Below are positions 49,407 to 59,546 of a stretch of DNA of 64,000 bases, in pieces; position 1 is the stretch's first letter; every line of letters starts with the position of its first letter. The translations under genes were made by a program, and so were the position numbers. The notes beneath the pieces were generated by a model. It was not told the DNA's origin and made no database searches. It saw nothing but the letters and a program-made list of their open reading frames with translations. The stretch is from NCBI GenBank assembly GCA_964437705.1, contig CAYTHX010000008.1:7590-71589 (forward strand), read 5' to 3'. Source of the DNA: an uncultured Nitrososphaeria archaeon. Lineage in GTDB: Archaea > Thermoproteota > Nitrososphaeria > Geothermarchaeales > JDFR-13.

Positions 49407-51149
49407 TTAATTCACTAGGTGATATGATGCTCTGCGGAGATACTCTGCAACATAGAGTAATGCGACATTGGCTATAATGAATACTGTTAGAGAGCTAAGT
49501 ATATAGTTGAGTGGTAGTATGCATCCTGTAGATGCTTTGCTAGGAATCTCCTTATATACCTTAGATAAGTCTTGTAGGAAGAATGATGGATCTGGTAGGT
49601 AATTCTTGACCCAGCTTCTAACTGCCTCCTGAGCAACCTCCTGATATAGAACTGCATATGGACCGTGATATAATATGTACTCTTGTAACTCTTTATACAT
49701 CTCCAATCTCTTCTTAGTATCAAACTCTAAGCCTGCTGCTTCAGCGAGATCAGCTGCATGATCGTCATACCAGCAGTTTCTCCATGCTAACTGGTGTACT
49801 CTGTAATCTCCGAATGCTTTTGCATTATTATCAGGATCTGGATAGTCACATCCCCAGCCAGCCAATACAATCTCTAATCCCTGTTTTCTATATTTCTCAT
49901 ACATCTCTGCAGCAGTCATCTGTACTATTTTTACTTGAATACCAATCTCCTCTAAATCTGCCTTAATCTTTGAAGCTATATCTGCATATGGATATACCGG
50001 TGGAGTTGTTAGTGTTATCTCAAATCCATTTGGATACCCAGCCTCAGCTAATAACTGCTTAGCTTTCTCCACATCTTTACTAAATGGTGTACTATTAAGT
50101 GCACCTGGTACTGTATATGGAATTATGGTCTGCCACTTCATAGCTGAGCCCTTAAGCATCTTAATTATACCGTCATAATCAATTGCATACTTTATAGCTA
50201 ACCTAACCTTCTCATTACCTAGTGGCTCAACTTTAACGTTCATACCGAGGTAGACGATATGTTGTCTAGGCGTTGAAACTATCTTTATATCCTCACGACC
50301 TTTTAATTGCGCTATCTGATCAGGGGTTAGCCCTGTAGCTACATCAACATCACCTTTACTAATTAAGAGTAGCTGGTCAGTAGGCTCAGGAACGTGCTTA
50401 ACAATAATCTTTTTAACCTTAGGTAAGCCCTCCTTCCAGTAATTTGGATTCGCAACAAGTACAATTTCAGATTCTCTTTCCCATTTTTCTAGTATAAATG
50501 GACCGCTACCAGCGCTGTGATCAGTCATCCACTCACTACCCATATCTCCATTCTTTGCATGAGCTTCTACAACATTGGGATTAACGATAGCCGTTGTTGT
50601 GAATGTTAGTGTAGTTAGGAAGAAGCTCGGAGCTACAGGTTTATCTAGAACAATCTTTACTGTATAATCATCTACCTTCTGTATTTGGTCAGGGCTAGAA
50701 ACGAATTGTGTAAGAACCCATGAAGCCGTTTGACCGAGCTGTATAACTCTTCTTAATGAATACACTACCGCATCTGCGGTTAATGGGTCTCCATTTGCAA
50801 ATTTAATTCCATGTCTAATATGGAATATCCATACAGTACCATTTTCAGAGTACTCCCAACTCTCGGCTATCTCAGGCTTAACGGTAGATAAATCTGGAAG
50901 CTCGAAATCAACCAACTTATCATATATCTGATTTATGACGAAGCATGATGAGAATTCATATGCTCTAGCTGGATCCATGGATACAGCATCAGAGGTATCC
51001 ATAGCTATAATAAGAGTTTCTACGTCAGTCGGGGGTGGAGCTGTAGTCTCCTCCTCTGTTGGCTTCGGTAACGTATAGTAGTAATATGCACCTGCCGCAA
51101 TAACAATAAGTACAACGACAATTACACCAATTAAATATTCTTTCCTCAA
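49407..51149 (-). CDS. dppA: Peptide ABC substrate-binding protein, family 5
   Basis: MDPA, GSGPF, W.CDYPDPD; hydrophobic segments at both termini. Confidence 0.93.
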   Translation of the reverse strand: MRKEYLIGVIVVVLIVIAAGAYYYYTLPKPTEEETTAPPPTDVETLIIAMDTSDAVSMDPARAYEFSSCFVINQIYDKLVDFELPDLSTVKPEIAESWEYSENGTVWIFHIRHGIKFANGDPLTADAVVYSLRRVIQLGQTASWVLTQFVSSPDQIQKVDDYTVKIVLDKPVAPSFFLTTLTFTTTAIVNPNVVEAHAKNGDMGSEWMTDHSAGSGPFILEKWERESEIVLVANPNYWKEGLPKVKKIIVKHVPEPTDQLLLISKGDVDVATGLTPDQIAQLKGREDIKIVSTPRQHIVYLGMNVKVEPLGNEKVRLAIKYAIDYDGIIKMLKGSAMKWQTIIPYTVPGALNSTPFSKDVEKAKQLLAEAGYPNGFEITLTTPPVYPYADIASKIKADLEEIGIQVKIVQMTAAEMYEKYRKQGLEIVLAGWGCDYPDPDNNAKAFGDYRVHQLAWRNCWYDDHAADLAEAAGLEFDTKKRLEMYKELQEYILYHGPYAVLYQEVAQEAVRSWVKNYLPDPSFFLQDLSKVYKEIPSKASTGCILPLNYILSSLTVFIIANVALLYVAEYLRRASYHLVN

Positions 51150-51403
51150 ATATACTCACCCCTTCTACCGAGGTACCTTATATATTTTAATATTTATACA
51201 CTATTCTCACTTTAAAAATATAAGTCTTATTGAATCATTTTTGCCATATTTCTTTAAATTAATATAATAGCAGAAACGTAGAAATAAGTAATATAATTTT
51301 TGCTATTAATTAAAATAGAATATTTTCAAATTTTGTAGAAATGGTAGAAGTAATACTATATTTCTATTTTCATAATAGAAACTACTTTTTAGATTTATTA
51401 AAT

Positions 51404-52153
51404 CTAAATATCTATTATAAGGTTATCACTTGCCCAGATAACATTTCCATCTAAACTTTTACTTTCATTTTCGATTTCAAAGCCTATATGTGTAAGAATT
51501 AATTGTTTAACATTACTAGTTTTTGCCACTCTTAATGCATCAATGGGTGTTAAATGCCCGATGCTAAATGCTTTATCTCGCATTTTACTTGGGAAGCTTG
51601 CCTCACAAATTAATAAGTCTGTATCTAATGCTATTTTCTCTAGTCCATTACAATATCTGGTATCACTTGAATATCCAACTATCCTATCATCAACATATAC
51701 TTTACAACCAACGTTATAAATTGAATGATTAACTTCAAAAGTTGAGATTATATACTCACCTATATTTACCTCCGAACCGTTAGAAACTCCAATATACTTA
51801 ATAGTATACGGAGCGTCTGTAATCAACTTCTCAATTAATTGCTCTAGAAAATTAAGATATACTTCTGGCGTTATTAAATTAACTTCTCCTCGAACATTAC
51901 TATACTTCATATAGAATAATAGTGATGGTAGTCCAAGTATATGATCACCATGAATATGTGTAATTATTATTCCCTTGATTTTAGTTAGAAAACTCTTATA
52001 TGTCTCATATTGAGTACCGTCAAAAGAGCCACAATCTAAAACTATAACTCCATCAGAACCTTCGATAAAAATACATTGATATTTTCTATATGGTACTGTT
52101 ATCCACCCACCAGTACCTAAAAAGATCAACCTAACCATATTACATAACACCAT
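51404..52153 (-). CDS. RNase Z-like metallo-beta-lactamase
   Basis: FLGTGG, THIHGDH, SSDT, CEAS, GHLT, LTH. Confidence 0.85.
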   Translation of the reverse strand: MVLCNMVRLIFLGTGGWITVPYRKYQCIFIEGSDGVIVLDCGSFDGTQYETYKSFLTKIKGIIITHIHGDHILGLPSLLFYMKYSNVRGEVNLITPEVYLNFLEQLIEKLITDAPYTIKYIGVSNGSEVNIGEYIISTFEVNHSIYNVGCKVYVDDRIVGYSSDTRYCNGLEKIALDTDLLICEASFPSKMRDKAFSIGHLTPIDALRVAKTSNVKQLILTHIGFEIENESKSLDGNVIWASDNLIIDI

Positions 52154-52228
52154 ACTGAAATAGATAAATACATAGATACCTATAATCTAATTTCTAACTA
52201 AGCAAAATATCTTACATAAGTTATAATC

Positions 52229-53260
52229 TTAGCTTTTCTTAAATACCCTAGCATAAACAAATAATCCGGCTAGTAATACAAGAAATATAGCTAGAGATAT
52301 AAGTATTACTAGTATAACATTACTCTTTCTCTCTTCAATAACTTTACCCTCCTCTATATTGCTAGTGGACTCTATAGTCTCATTTTCTATTAACTGTTCA
52401 CTAGGATGTTCACCAGTAAATTTTATTATTAGTTTGCTTAAATCGCTTAATGTTATGTGGTAACCAACTCCGGCTAATATTGCTCTATCATCATAAGTCT
52501 GTTTAAAAATTTCTCTAGCTAGTTCTCCCGTACAGTGTATCGGCATTATAACTTTAACGTAATACATGTCGAATACTTTAATAATTTTCTGTATCCTATC
52601 AATACTTGCATACATTAAGTGAAAACCGCCACATACCATGAGGATATCTTTAAATCCCATTTCATCAGCTACAAATTTAACTATGTTCTCTATACCTGGA
52701 TGTGCACATCCAGTAATTATAATAGCTCCTCTACTTGTATTAATCACTAATGCTTGTTCATACATCGAGCCAAAAGACAGTCCACCAGTAAGGTAAACTC
52801 CATCAGCAATACATGTAGGGTTATCAATTATGTGGACATCTATTCCCATCTCAATATATCTGTTTATAAGCTCTCGAGGAAACCCATTAGGTATATAAAG
52901 CGTAAACCTCTTATTAACATTAGCTAAGCCCTCTAATCCACCAATATGATCACCATGTGGATGAGATAATACAACGATATCAATATTATTAGGATCTATC
53001 CCAAGCTTATCTAAGTTATATAGTAGTGTAGATGATTTACAGCCGGTATCAAATAGTATACTGATATTTCTATACTTAATGTATATTGATAATCCCCAAC
53101 AAGTCTCTAGATCGTCCCGATAGATGTTGTTATCTACAACAATATATAAATCAAAGTTTTCAGTAGCGTGTGAACAATTTACTAAAAATATTTGTATTGC
53201 TATAAGGAGGAGTGAACATAAAAAGATAAACTTATGTTTCCTCATAAGACCTCGCTCCAA
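52229..53260 (-). CDS. MBL-fold hydrolase with signal peptide and C-terminal TM anchor
   Basis: SHPHGDH, TGCAHPG, GGFHL, HCTG; hydrophobic ends. Confidence 0.88.
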   Translation of the reverse strand: MERGLMRKHKFIFLCSLLLIAIQIFLVNCSHATENFDLYIVVDNNIYRDDLETCWGLSIYIKYRNISILFDTGCKSSTLLYNLDKLGIDPNNIDIVVLSHPHGDHIGGLEGLANVNKRFTLYIPNGFPRELINRYIEMGIDVHIIDNPTCIADGVYLTGGLSFGSMYEQALVINTSRGAIIITGCAHPGIENIVKFVADEMGFKDILMVCGGFHLMYASIDRIQKIIKVFDMYYVKVIMPIHCTGELAREIFKQTYDDRAILAGVGYHITLSDLSKLIIKFTGEHPSEQLIENETIESTSNIEEGKVIEERKSNVILVILISLAIFLVLLAGLFVYARVFKKS

Positions 53261-53344
53261 AAAGATATTTTATTACGAGGTAGTATATGGTCTTTCTCAA
53301 ATAAATACCCTTGTCTAGATATAACCAGAGGATATTTTTAGAAA

Positions 53345-53599
53345 CTATTTTTCTTCTTTTGTAGATATTTTTTCCGCGGCTCTAACAATTATATATGAGC
53401 GTATTAAGCTTACACCTGCACCTAAGGTTATAAACCCAATTACTAATGATGTTAATCCAGATACTATAGCATATACCTCAGGCATTAATAAACTAATTGA
53501 TAATAAGAAGAAGTATACTGATACTGCTATTAGAATTAATCCAGCAATTAACGCAATTATCGACATTTTCTCCATCCATATTACCTCCATATCCACCAA
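53345..53599 (-). CDS. Small two-TM membrane protein
   Basis: Two hydrophobic helices; last gene of the MoxR operon. Confidence 0.7.
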   Translation of the reverse strand: MVDMEVIWMEKMSIIALIAGLILIAVSVYFFLLSISLLMPEVYAIVSGLTSLVIGFITLGAGVSLIRSYIIVRAAEKISTKEEK

Positions 53600-54729
53600 A
53601 ATAAAAACCTAATTAATCTTTCAAGCCAAATTATCATTCCTCTAAATCTTATAAAAAGATTACTTATAAAATCTATAAGATTTATTACTATATACTCACC
53701 TTTAACCCTAGGTATATCACTGAAATATTCTGGAGGTATTAAGCTAAATAAGGGAATTTTTGGAATTACTCCTAACGTTTCCTCTAAGAAGTTAACATAT
53801 CTATGTATGAAAATTGGAATGTTTTCAAACCCTGAATAGAGAAATATAATCGTAATTATTCCTAGTGCTAAGGCTATAGTTGGCAGAATACCACGTATCG
53901 ATGGGGAATGCTTTGGTAATGCACCAATTTTAATCTTTAAATCCTTATTCTCAACTCTCTTTTTTAATTCATTAAATTCTTTAATTACCATTTCCTTCGC
54001 AATTAAACTGCCAACTCGAAGGTATAACAGGATTTGCTCCAAAATATTTCTTAAAATCCATATTATACCGCCTAAAATCGTTAGTACAGTAAATAGTTGT
54101 GAGTATGGATTTAATAGATATACATAAACTATGCCACTTATCGCTGGAGGTAACTTATTTACAGCTTCAGTAATAGCAGACAGCACTAAATTAGTTAGTA
54201 TTAGGAAGAAGTATGCTAAAGCTATTGGTCCGATAAAAATTATAATTAGATTTAGTGCTTCAAGCGACAATTTCCTTTTTACCCTAATTTTGGTAAGCTT
54301 AACTCTTCCACGTATAGAAAAATTATGTATTATTAAGTAGATTATTGTTAAGCTTAGCATCTGTAGAGTAATTCCATATACACCTTTCCCAAAAACTGTA
54401 CTTGTATACTCTGGATATATAACCGCGAGTATGATGTGTACTAAAAATATTGATAGGATTATCAAATCTGTTCGTGTTAAGACTAAGCCTATAACAAATA
54501 TAAATACGCCTATTGTTAGAAGAGTTTGTATCACAATTTGTACTATAATTGTCGTATTAATTGACTTCAGAAGTGGTAACGTGATTTCTGACTCTACTTT
54601 AATTGGATGGATAATTAATGTTATAGCATTTGGAATAAATAATGACCCAAGTAGAGCACCTATCAAATAGTAAATCAATAAAAATAAATTCACTTTGTCC
54701 TTTAGATTTATCTTCTTTGTAATCTTCAC
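53581..54729 (-). CDS. Polytopic membrane protein
   Basis: Many TM segments; overlaps both neighbours. Confidence 0.75.
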   Translation of the reverse strand: MKITKKINLKDKVNLFLLIYYLIGALLGSLFIPNAITLIIHPIKVESEITLPLLKSINTTIIVQIVIQTLLTIGVFIFVIGLVLTRTDLIILSIFLVHIILAVIYPEYTSTVFGKGVYGITLQMLSLTIIYLIIHNFSIRGRVKLTKIRVKRKLSLEALNLIIIFIGPIALAYFFLILTNLVLSAITEAVNKLPPAISGIVYVYLLNPYSQLFTVLTILGGIIWILRNILEQILLYLRVGSLIAKEMVIKEFNELKKRVENKDLKIKIGALPKHSPSIRGILPTIALALGIITIIFLYSGFENIPIFIHRYVNFLEETLGVIPKIPLFSLIPPEYFSDIPRVKGEYIVINLIDFISNLFIRFRGMIIWLERLIRFLFWWIWR

Positions 54730-56099
54730 ACGATTACCCTCCTATATTCCTCGATTCTTTTAATAACTGCTGGGATAAAATCTCTCGGCCCTACCTCTAT
54801 AACCACTATCCCCTTTGCTAGGAGATTTTTAATCATTTCTTCCCTATCAGCTAAATAATCTACAGTTATTACTCTATATATTGTCGCATCCCAACCTCTT
54901 AATGCCGGAACTTCAAATAAAGGTGTTGAGGGAGATATAATTGTAATTTCATGATGCATAGCTTTGATTTTTAATAATGTATCTGGCAGATCACCTATAT
55001 TTCCCTCTAGATCACTAATTAAAATATATAATGCCTTTTCCCTTATACCTAACCTAGGCATACTATCTAGGAGAAGCTTCGATAAGCCAGTTTTATTAAT
55101 GCTTTCACTTACTTCTAATTTGCCCAGTAAGTTGTAAATTCTTGGGAAAACGAGATTAGCTGGTGCTACAGGTATAATCTCACTTCTTACTCCATCGTAA
55201 TATACAAATCCGAGATAATCTTTTCTCCTACTTAAATACCTAGTTAAATAGGCTATTGTTCTTGCTGCATAATCAATTTTTCTCTCACCTAATATTCCAT
55301 ATGACATTGTAGCAGACGCATCAAGTACAATCACAATTGTAGCTATTCCCTCAGCATCAAATTCCTTAATAATTAATTTTCCATGCTTAGCTGTTGATTT
55401 CCAATCTATTCTCCTTAAATCGTCACCCGGAACATATTCACGTAAGTCAGCAAATTCGTATCCACTACCTTTTCTCTTAGAGTAGCTTGTCCCAGTTAAT
55501 GTTTTACTCCCTGGAAATACTGACGAAAAACCTGTCGGTTCATAGCTTTTAGGATAAACCCTTATTTCATTATCTAACTCCTTTCCAGTACTAAAGTAGA
55601 ATAATCCTAAAAAATCTCTTAGTGCAAAGGTGATGTTGCCAAATCTATGTTTACCTATCATCCTAGTTTTTAAACAATAATTTACTTCAACGGTACCTTG
55701 GGCTGGAATGTTAACTACAAAATGATTTGTACCCTCTATCAGCCGGGTAGTTGCTGGGTAATTATCCATGATCTCAGCATTAAATATCGAGATATATGTA
55801 GGATTTTCTATTCTTAAGGTAATATGTATTTCTGAGTCTTCAACAGCATCTTCATTATAAATCCTCATTAAATTTAGTGAGTTAATTACTGTTGCTTGTA
55901 TTAATAGGGATAATCTAAACCCATATGTTAATAGCAGTCCACATAATCCAGTAATCATTATAAGTAAGGGTCCACTCACCTTTAAAGGTACTCCTTGCGT
56001 ATATGTTAACTGTCCACATATAATGAAACCTATTGCAGTTAATGTGGCAGAAATTAGTATGAATACCCTACCTCTAGTCGTTAGCTCAATATTTGTCAA
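54726..56099 (-). CDS. DUF58 (vWA-like) protein
   Basis: EFADLREYVPGDDLRRIDWK, LDASATM, ISD. Confidence 0.92.
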   Translation of the reverse strand: MTNIELTTRGRVFILISATLTAIGFIICGQLTYTQGVPLKVSGPLLIMITGLCGLLLTYGFRLSLLIQATVINSLNLMRIYNEDAVEDSEIHITLRIENPTYISIFNAEIMDNYPATTRLIEGTNHFVVNIPAQGTVEVNYCLKTRMIGKHRFGNITFALRDFLGLFYFSTGKELDNEIRVYPKSYEPTGFSSVFPGSKTLTGTSYSKRKGSGYEFADLREYVPGDDLRRIDWKSTAKHGKLIIKEFDAEGIATIVIVLDASATMSYGILGERKIDYAARTIAYLTRYLSRRKDYLGFVYYDGVRSEIIPVAPANLVFPRIYNLLGKLEVSESINKTGLSKLLLDSMPRLGIREKALYILISDLEGNIGDLPDTLLKIKAMHHEITIISPSTPLFEVPALRGWDATIYRVITVDYLADREEMIKNLLAKGIVVIEVGPRDFIPAVIKRIEEYRRVIV

Positions 56100-57058
56100 A
56101 TCGGCACCTCCACAGATTCCAGTATTCTGTTTATAATGTCCGTTGTGGTTAATCCTTCAAAGACTGCTGTTGGATTAAGGTGTATTCTATGATTTAAAAC
56201 GTGGGGAGCTACTTTCTTTACATCATCTGGTATCACGTAATCCCTGCCATTAATTAATGCTTCTGCTTTCGAAGCTAATGTTAATGCTATAGCACCTCTA
56301 GGACTAACACCTAATTTAACCTCTGGAATCTTATTACTATACTCAATGATGTTTACAATATAGTTCATGATAGAATCGTCTATGTGTACCTTATAGACAT
56401 ATTCTTGCATATTAATAAGTTCATTCTTACCAATAACTGGCTTAACATCCATTCCATAAGGATTTGTGTACCTCCTAAGAACCTCTAGAATTACATCTGC
56501 CTTTGGATATACGACATTTACCTTAGCTAAAAACCTATCTAACTGAGCAGCTGGTAGTGGATATGTACCCTCAATTTCAATCGGGTTCTGTGTAGCGATA
56601 ACTATAAATGGTTCTTCAAGCTTAATCGTTTTACCATTAACAGTTACTTGTCTTTCCTGCATAGCTTCAAGCAATGCAGATTGAGTCTTAGGATTACCTC
56701 TATTTATTTCGTCAGCAAGGACAATATTTGCAAAAATAGGGCCTTTCCTAAAGTAAAATTCTCCTTTTCTCTGATCGTAAATGTATGATCCAATAATATC
56801 CGCAGGTAATAAATCTGGTGTAAATTGGATTCTAGAGAAATGTAAGTTCAGCGCTTTAGCAACAGTTTTTACTAATGTAGTTTTTGCAATTCCAGGAACG
56901 CCCTCAAGTAGAATGTGTCCCTTGGTTAATAGCCCTATAAAAATCATCTCTATAACATCATCCATATCAACAATTACCTTAGAGACTTCTTCTCTAAGAA
57001 CTGCAAACCTCTCCTTAACTTCTCCAACCTCACTACTACTTAAAGACATACTATTCAC
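56096..57058 (-). CDS. moxR: MoxR AAA+ ATPase
   Basis: GVPGIAKT, RIQFTPDLLPAD, DEINR, ATQNPIE, LDRF. Confidence 0.96.
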   Translation of the reverse strand: MNSMSLSSSEVGEVKERFAVLREEVSKVIVDMDDVIEMIFIGLLTKGHILLEGVPGIAKTTLVKTVAKALNLHFSRIQFTPDLLPADIIGSYIYDQRKGEFYFRKGPIFANIVLADEINRGNPKTQSALLEAMQERQVTVNGKTIKLEEPFIVIATQNPIEIEGTYPLPAAQLDRFLAKVNVVYPKADVILEVLRRYTNPYGMDVKPVIGKNELINMQEYVYKVHIDDSIMNYIVNIIEYSNKIPEVKLGVSPRGAIALTLASKAEALINGRDYVIPDDVKKVAPHVLNHRIHLNPTAVFEGLTTTDIINRILESVEVPI

Positions 57059-58475
57059 CTACCAATTCAAATCCTAATTTTGCGAATAATTGATTTAAAA
57101 CTCTAACATACTTATTAAATCTCCTTTTCCACATAATAATCGGGATTAACCTTCTCTTACCCTCTAAATACTCCTTAACCCTATACATTTCATATATAAC
57201 TTTCCTAAATTCATCCATTTCCTTCTTACTAAGGTATAGGGATATAATATCCCAACCCTCTCCCCTTAGAACTAAGTCCTCAATAACTAAATTCAACTTC
57301 CTTTTTAAGATAATATTTGTTAATTCATATAATTTGCCAATTAGCTGCTTATAAACACCACGTCGTCTAATGTGAACTTTCATCTTTTCATATTCAGGAC
57401 TGAATACTACAATTCTCTGTTCACCAACTGATTCTAGTGGGAAATCATGTATAGTCTCGCCAGCATACCATCTCCTAGCTATTCTATAAATTGTTAATGT
57501 AATTAAAACAACTAAGACGAGTCTCATTAATATCGGAACATTTACAATATAGGAGTAGAAATACTCATTTATCTCTGAACCATACGATTCTAAGTAGCTT
57601 GCAATAATTCTACCTATATGTGGTAATGGCATATTTATTGATGTTGAAATGTAGTGGCCACTATCTATGTATATTCTAATATGTCCTCCATATCCATTAT
57701 AATCATTTAATCCAGTAAGCCAGTTAAATAATGTAACGACAAAATTTTTTATTAAATATGAATTCTCAGAGTCTTCACTAAAGTACTTATTGATAAATAT
57801 ACTTGTATCTGCAATAACATATACCCTACTTACTCCAAGTACAGTACATCCAGCAAGAATAAACTTGTTTCTGAAGCCGCTAACTGTATCTATATAATAA
57901 CCACATGGTTTTAAGATGCCCATATCCACCAGATAACTTGGAAGGTCAATCTTTAATGACTTAACTTTTACTGGATATAGAATATCAGCGTACCACTCGA
58001 TCTGTTGCCCTTCATTAATAAGTAATAAATAGCTACTAACTGTTTCATTAGAAATCTCCGCATAAAACAGTTTCTTAATTATATTATTAACAGTACCTAA
58101 TTCATCGGCTATTAATAATGACCCGCCATTTTTGATAAAGCACCTTATTATGTTGATCTCATGATCATTTAATGGTATATCTGGACCAATTAATACAAGT
58201 ACATCTCTTAAGTAAGTATCACCATATTTTTTTGAAGCATTTACATCTATCACAGAGAAATTATCTAACAATATTATATCGACATCCACGTTCCATATAT
58301 TTCTCCTATATACTCTCTCAAGGTAATCTTTAAAATCGCTAATTCCGCTCCATGTAGTATTATAAGGAGTAGTTGAACCTAAGAATACTGTTATGGGAAT
58401 ATATTTTTGTGGTGCATTTATAGCGGCTATAAGAGCAAGTAATACAACTACCGTTGTTAGTAGCTTCTTCCCCAT
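57051..58475 (-). CDS. DUF4350-like membrane-anchored protein
   Basis: PYNTTWSGIS, GGSLLIADE, ADTSIFIN; position upstream of moxR. Confidence 0.75.
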   Translation of the reverse strand: MGKKLLTTVVVLLALIAAINAPQKYIPITVFLGSTTPYNTTWSGISDFKDYLERVYRRNIWNVDVDIILLDNFSVIDVNASKKYGDTYLRDVLVLIGPDIPLNDHEINIIRCFIKNGGSLLIADELGTVNNIIKKLFYAEISNETVSSYLLLINEGQQIEWYADILYPVKVKSLKIDLPSYLVDMGILKPCGYYIDTVSGFRNKFILAGCTVLGVSRVYVIADTSIFINKYFSEDSENSYLIKNFVVTLFNWLTGLNDYNGYGGHIRIYIDSGHYISTSINMPLPHIGRIIASYLESYGSEINEYFYSYIVNVPILMRLVLVVLITLTIYRIARRWYAGETIHDFPLESVGEQRIVVFSPEYEKMKVHIRRRGVYKQLIGKLYELTNIILKRKLNLVIEDLVLRGEGWDIISLYLSKKEMDEFRKVIYEMYRVKEYLEGKRRLIPIIMWKRRFNKYVRVLNQLFAKLGFELVGE

Positions 58476-59428
58476 CCATATACACCCTCAATACTAGAGA
58501 TTATTTCATCACTACGTGCAGCTTCACTTGAAGTAATTTCCTTACGAGAATACTTAGCTTTTTCAAACAAATCAGTAAGCTCTTGTGATAAATGGTAAAT
58601 ATCCTTATCAATTTTCTTAATAAATTCCCTTGGTGTTTCACTCTTTTTCTTAATTAACCCCCGGCTTTTCTCTAGTATAAAGAGAAATCTCCTATAATTA
58701 TATATGACTATACCTCTAGGGTCACTAGGCTTTCCCCCTAATTTAATACGTACTAGTACCTTGTTAGCATACTTAGAAAGTACCGGTGATAACTTCTCCA
58801 TGATATACTTCCTATAATAATATACTATGAATATAACTGCAAGTATGAGTATAAATGGCAGAATAATATCTAGATATGGTATACTTACGTTACTCACAGC
58901 TCCTACATTAGATGATAAGCTACCTATATTGGGTATCGGAGTTTTAATATTACTGAATGATGAAGATGGGAGGGAAATAGAGGTCTCAGGCGGATTACCT
59001 GCGATAGCATTTTCTAAATCAAGAGGTAAATTAGAAAGCACCTCAGATACAAGCTCCGGATCAACATCCTGTAAATTATTAACTAAATCTAAAATTTGTG
59101 GAAGCAATTCTTTATACTTTATAATTGCTTCATCATAATGCCCAAGTAATATCAAACCAGCTACTTCCCTTAGATTATTAGAAGTAGTACGATTATATTT
59201 CTCGAGTAAATCAGCAATTGTTAGTAGAGTATCAACTAAATTCAAGATATTAATATCCGTAATATTATATAACGTAGCATTCAAATCCACCTTCTCGTCG
59301 CCTAAATTTCTAACTGTTAAAATGATAACCGTATCTCCATATACATAAGGTATAGAAATATTTATGATACTAGATATCAATATTATTACTAACATAATCA
59401 GCGTTAATACTCTATATCCTCTTCTCAT
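58457..59428 (-). CDS. DUF4129-domain membrane protein
   Basis: SETPREF...LTDLFEKAKYS after a TM helix. Confidence 0.8.
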   Translation of the reverse strand: MRRGYRVLTLIMLVIILISSIINISIPYVYGDTVIILTVRNLGDEKVDLNATLYNITDINILNLVDTLLTIADLLEKYNRTTSNNLREVAGLILLGHYDEAIIKYKELLPQILDLVNNLQDVDPELVSEVLSNLPLDLENAIAGNPPETSISLPSSSFSNIKTPIPNIGSLSSNVGAVSNVSIPYLDIILPFILILAVIFIVYYYRKYIMEKLSPVLSKYANKVLVRIKLGGKPSDPRGIVIYNYRRFLFILEKSRGLIKKKSETPREFIKKIDKDIYHLSQELTDLFEKAKYSRKEITSSEAARSDEIISSIEGVYGWGRSY

Positions 59429-59546
59429 GCTAACTAATTAATAATTTAATGGTACGAGGTAAAAACTGTTTTGAAGCTATTCGATGTAAACGTAGCTAAA
59501 GGTATATCTTATAATCAACTCTCACTCTAGACCAAGAAGGTAAAAA

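Noticed and set aside
53345..59428. MoxR-DUF58-DUF4350-DUF4129 operon as a new system
   Set aside because: Widespread, already described arrangement.
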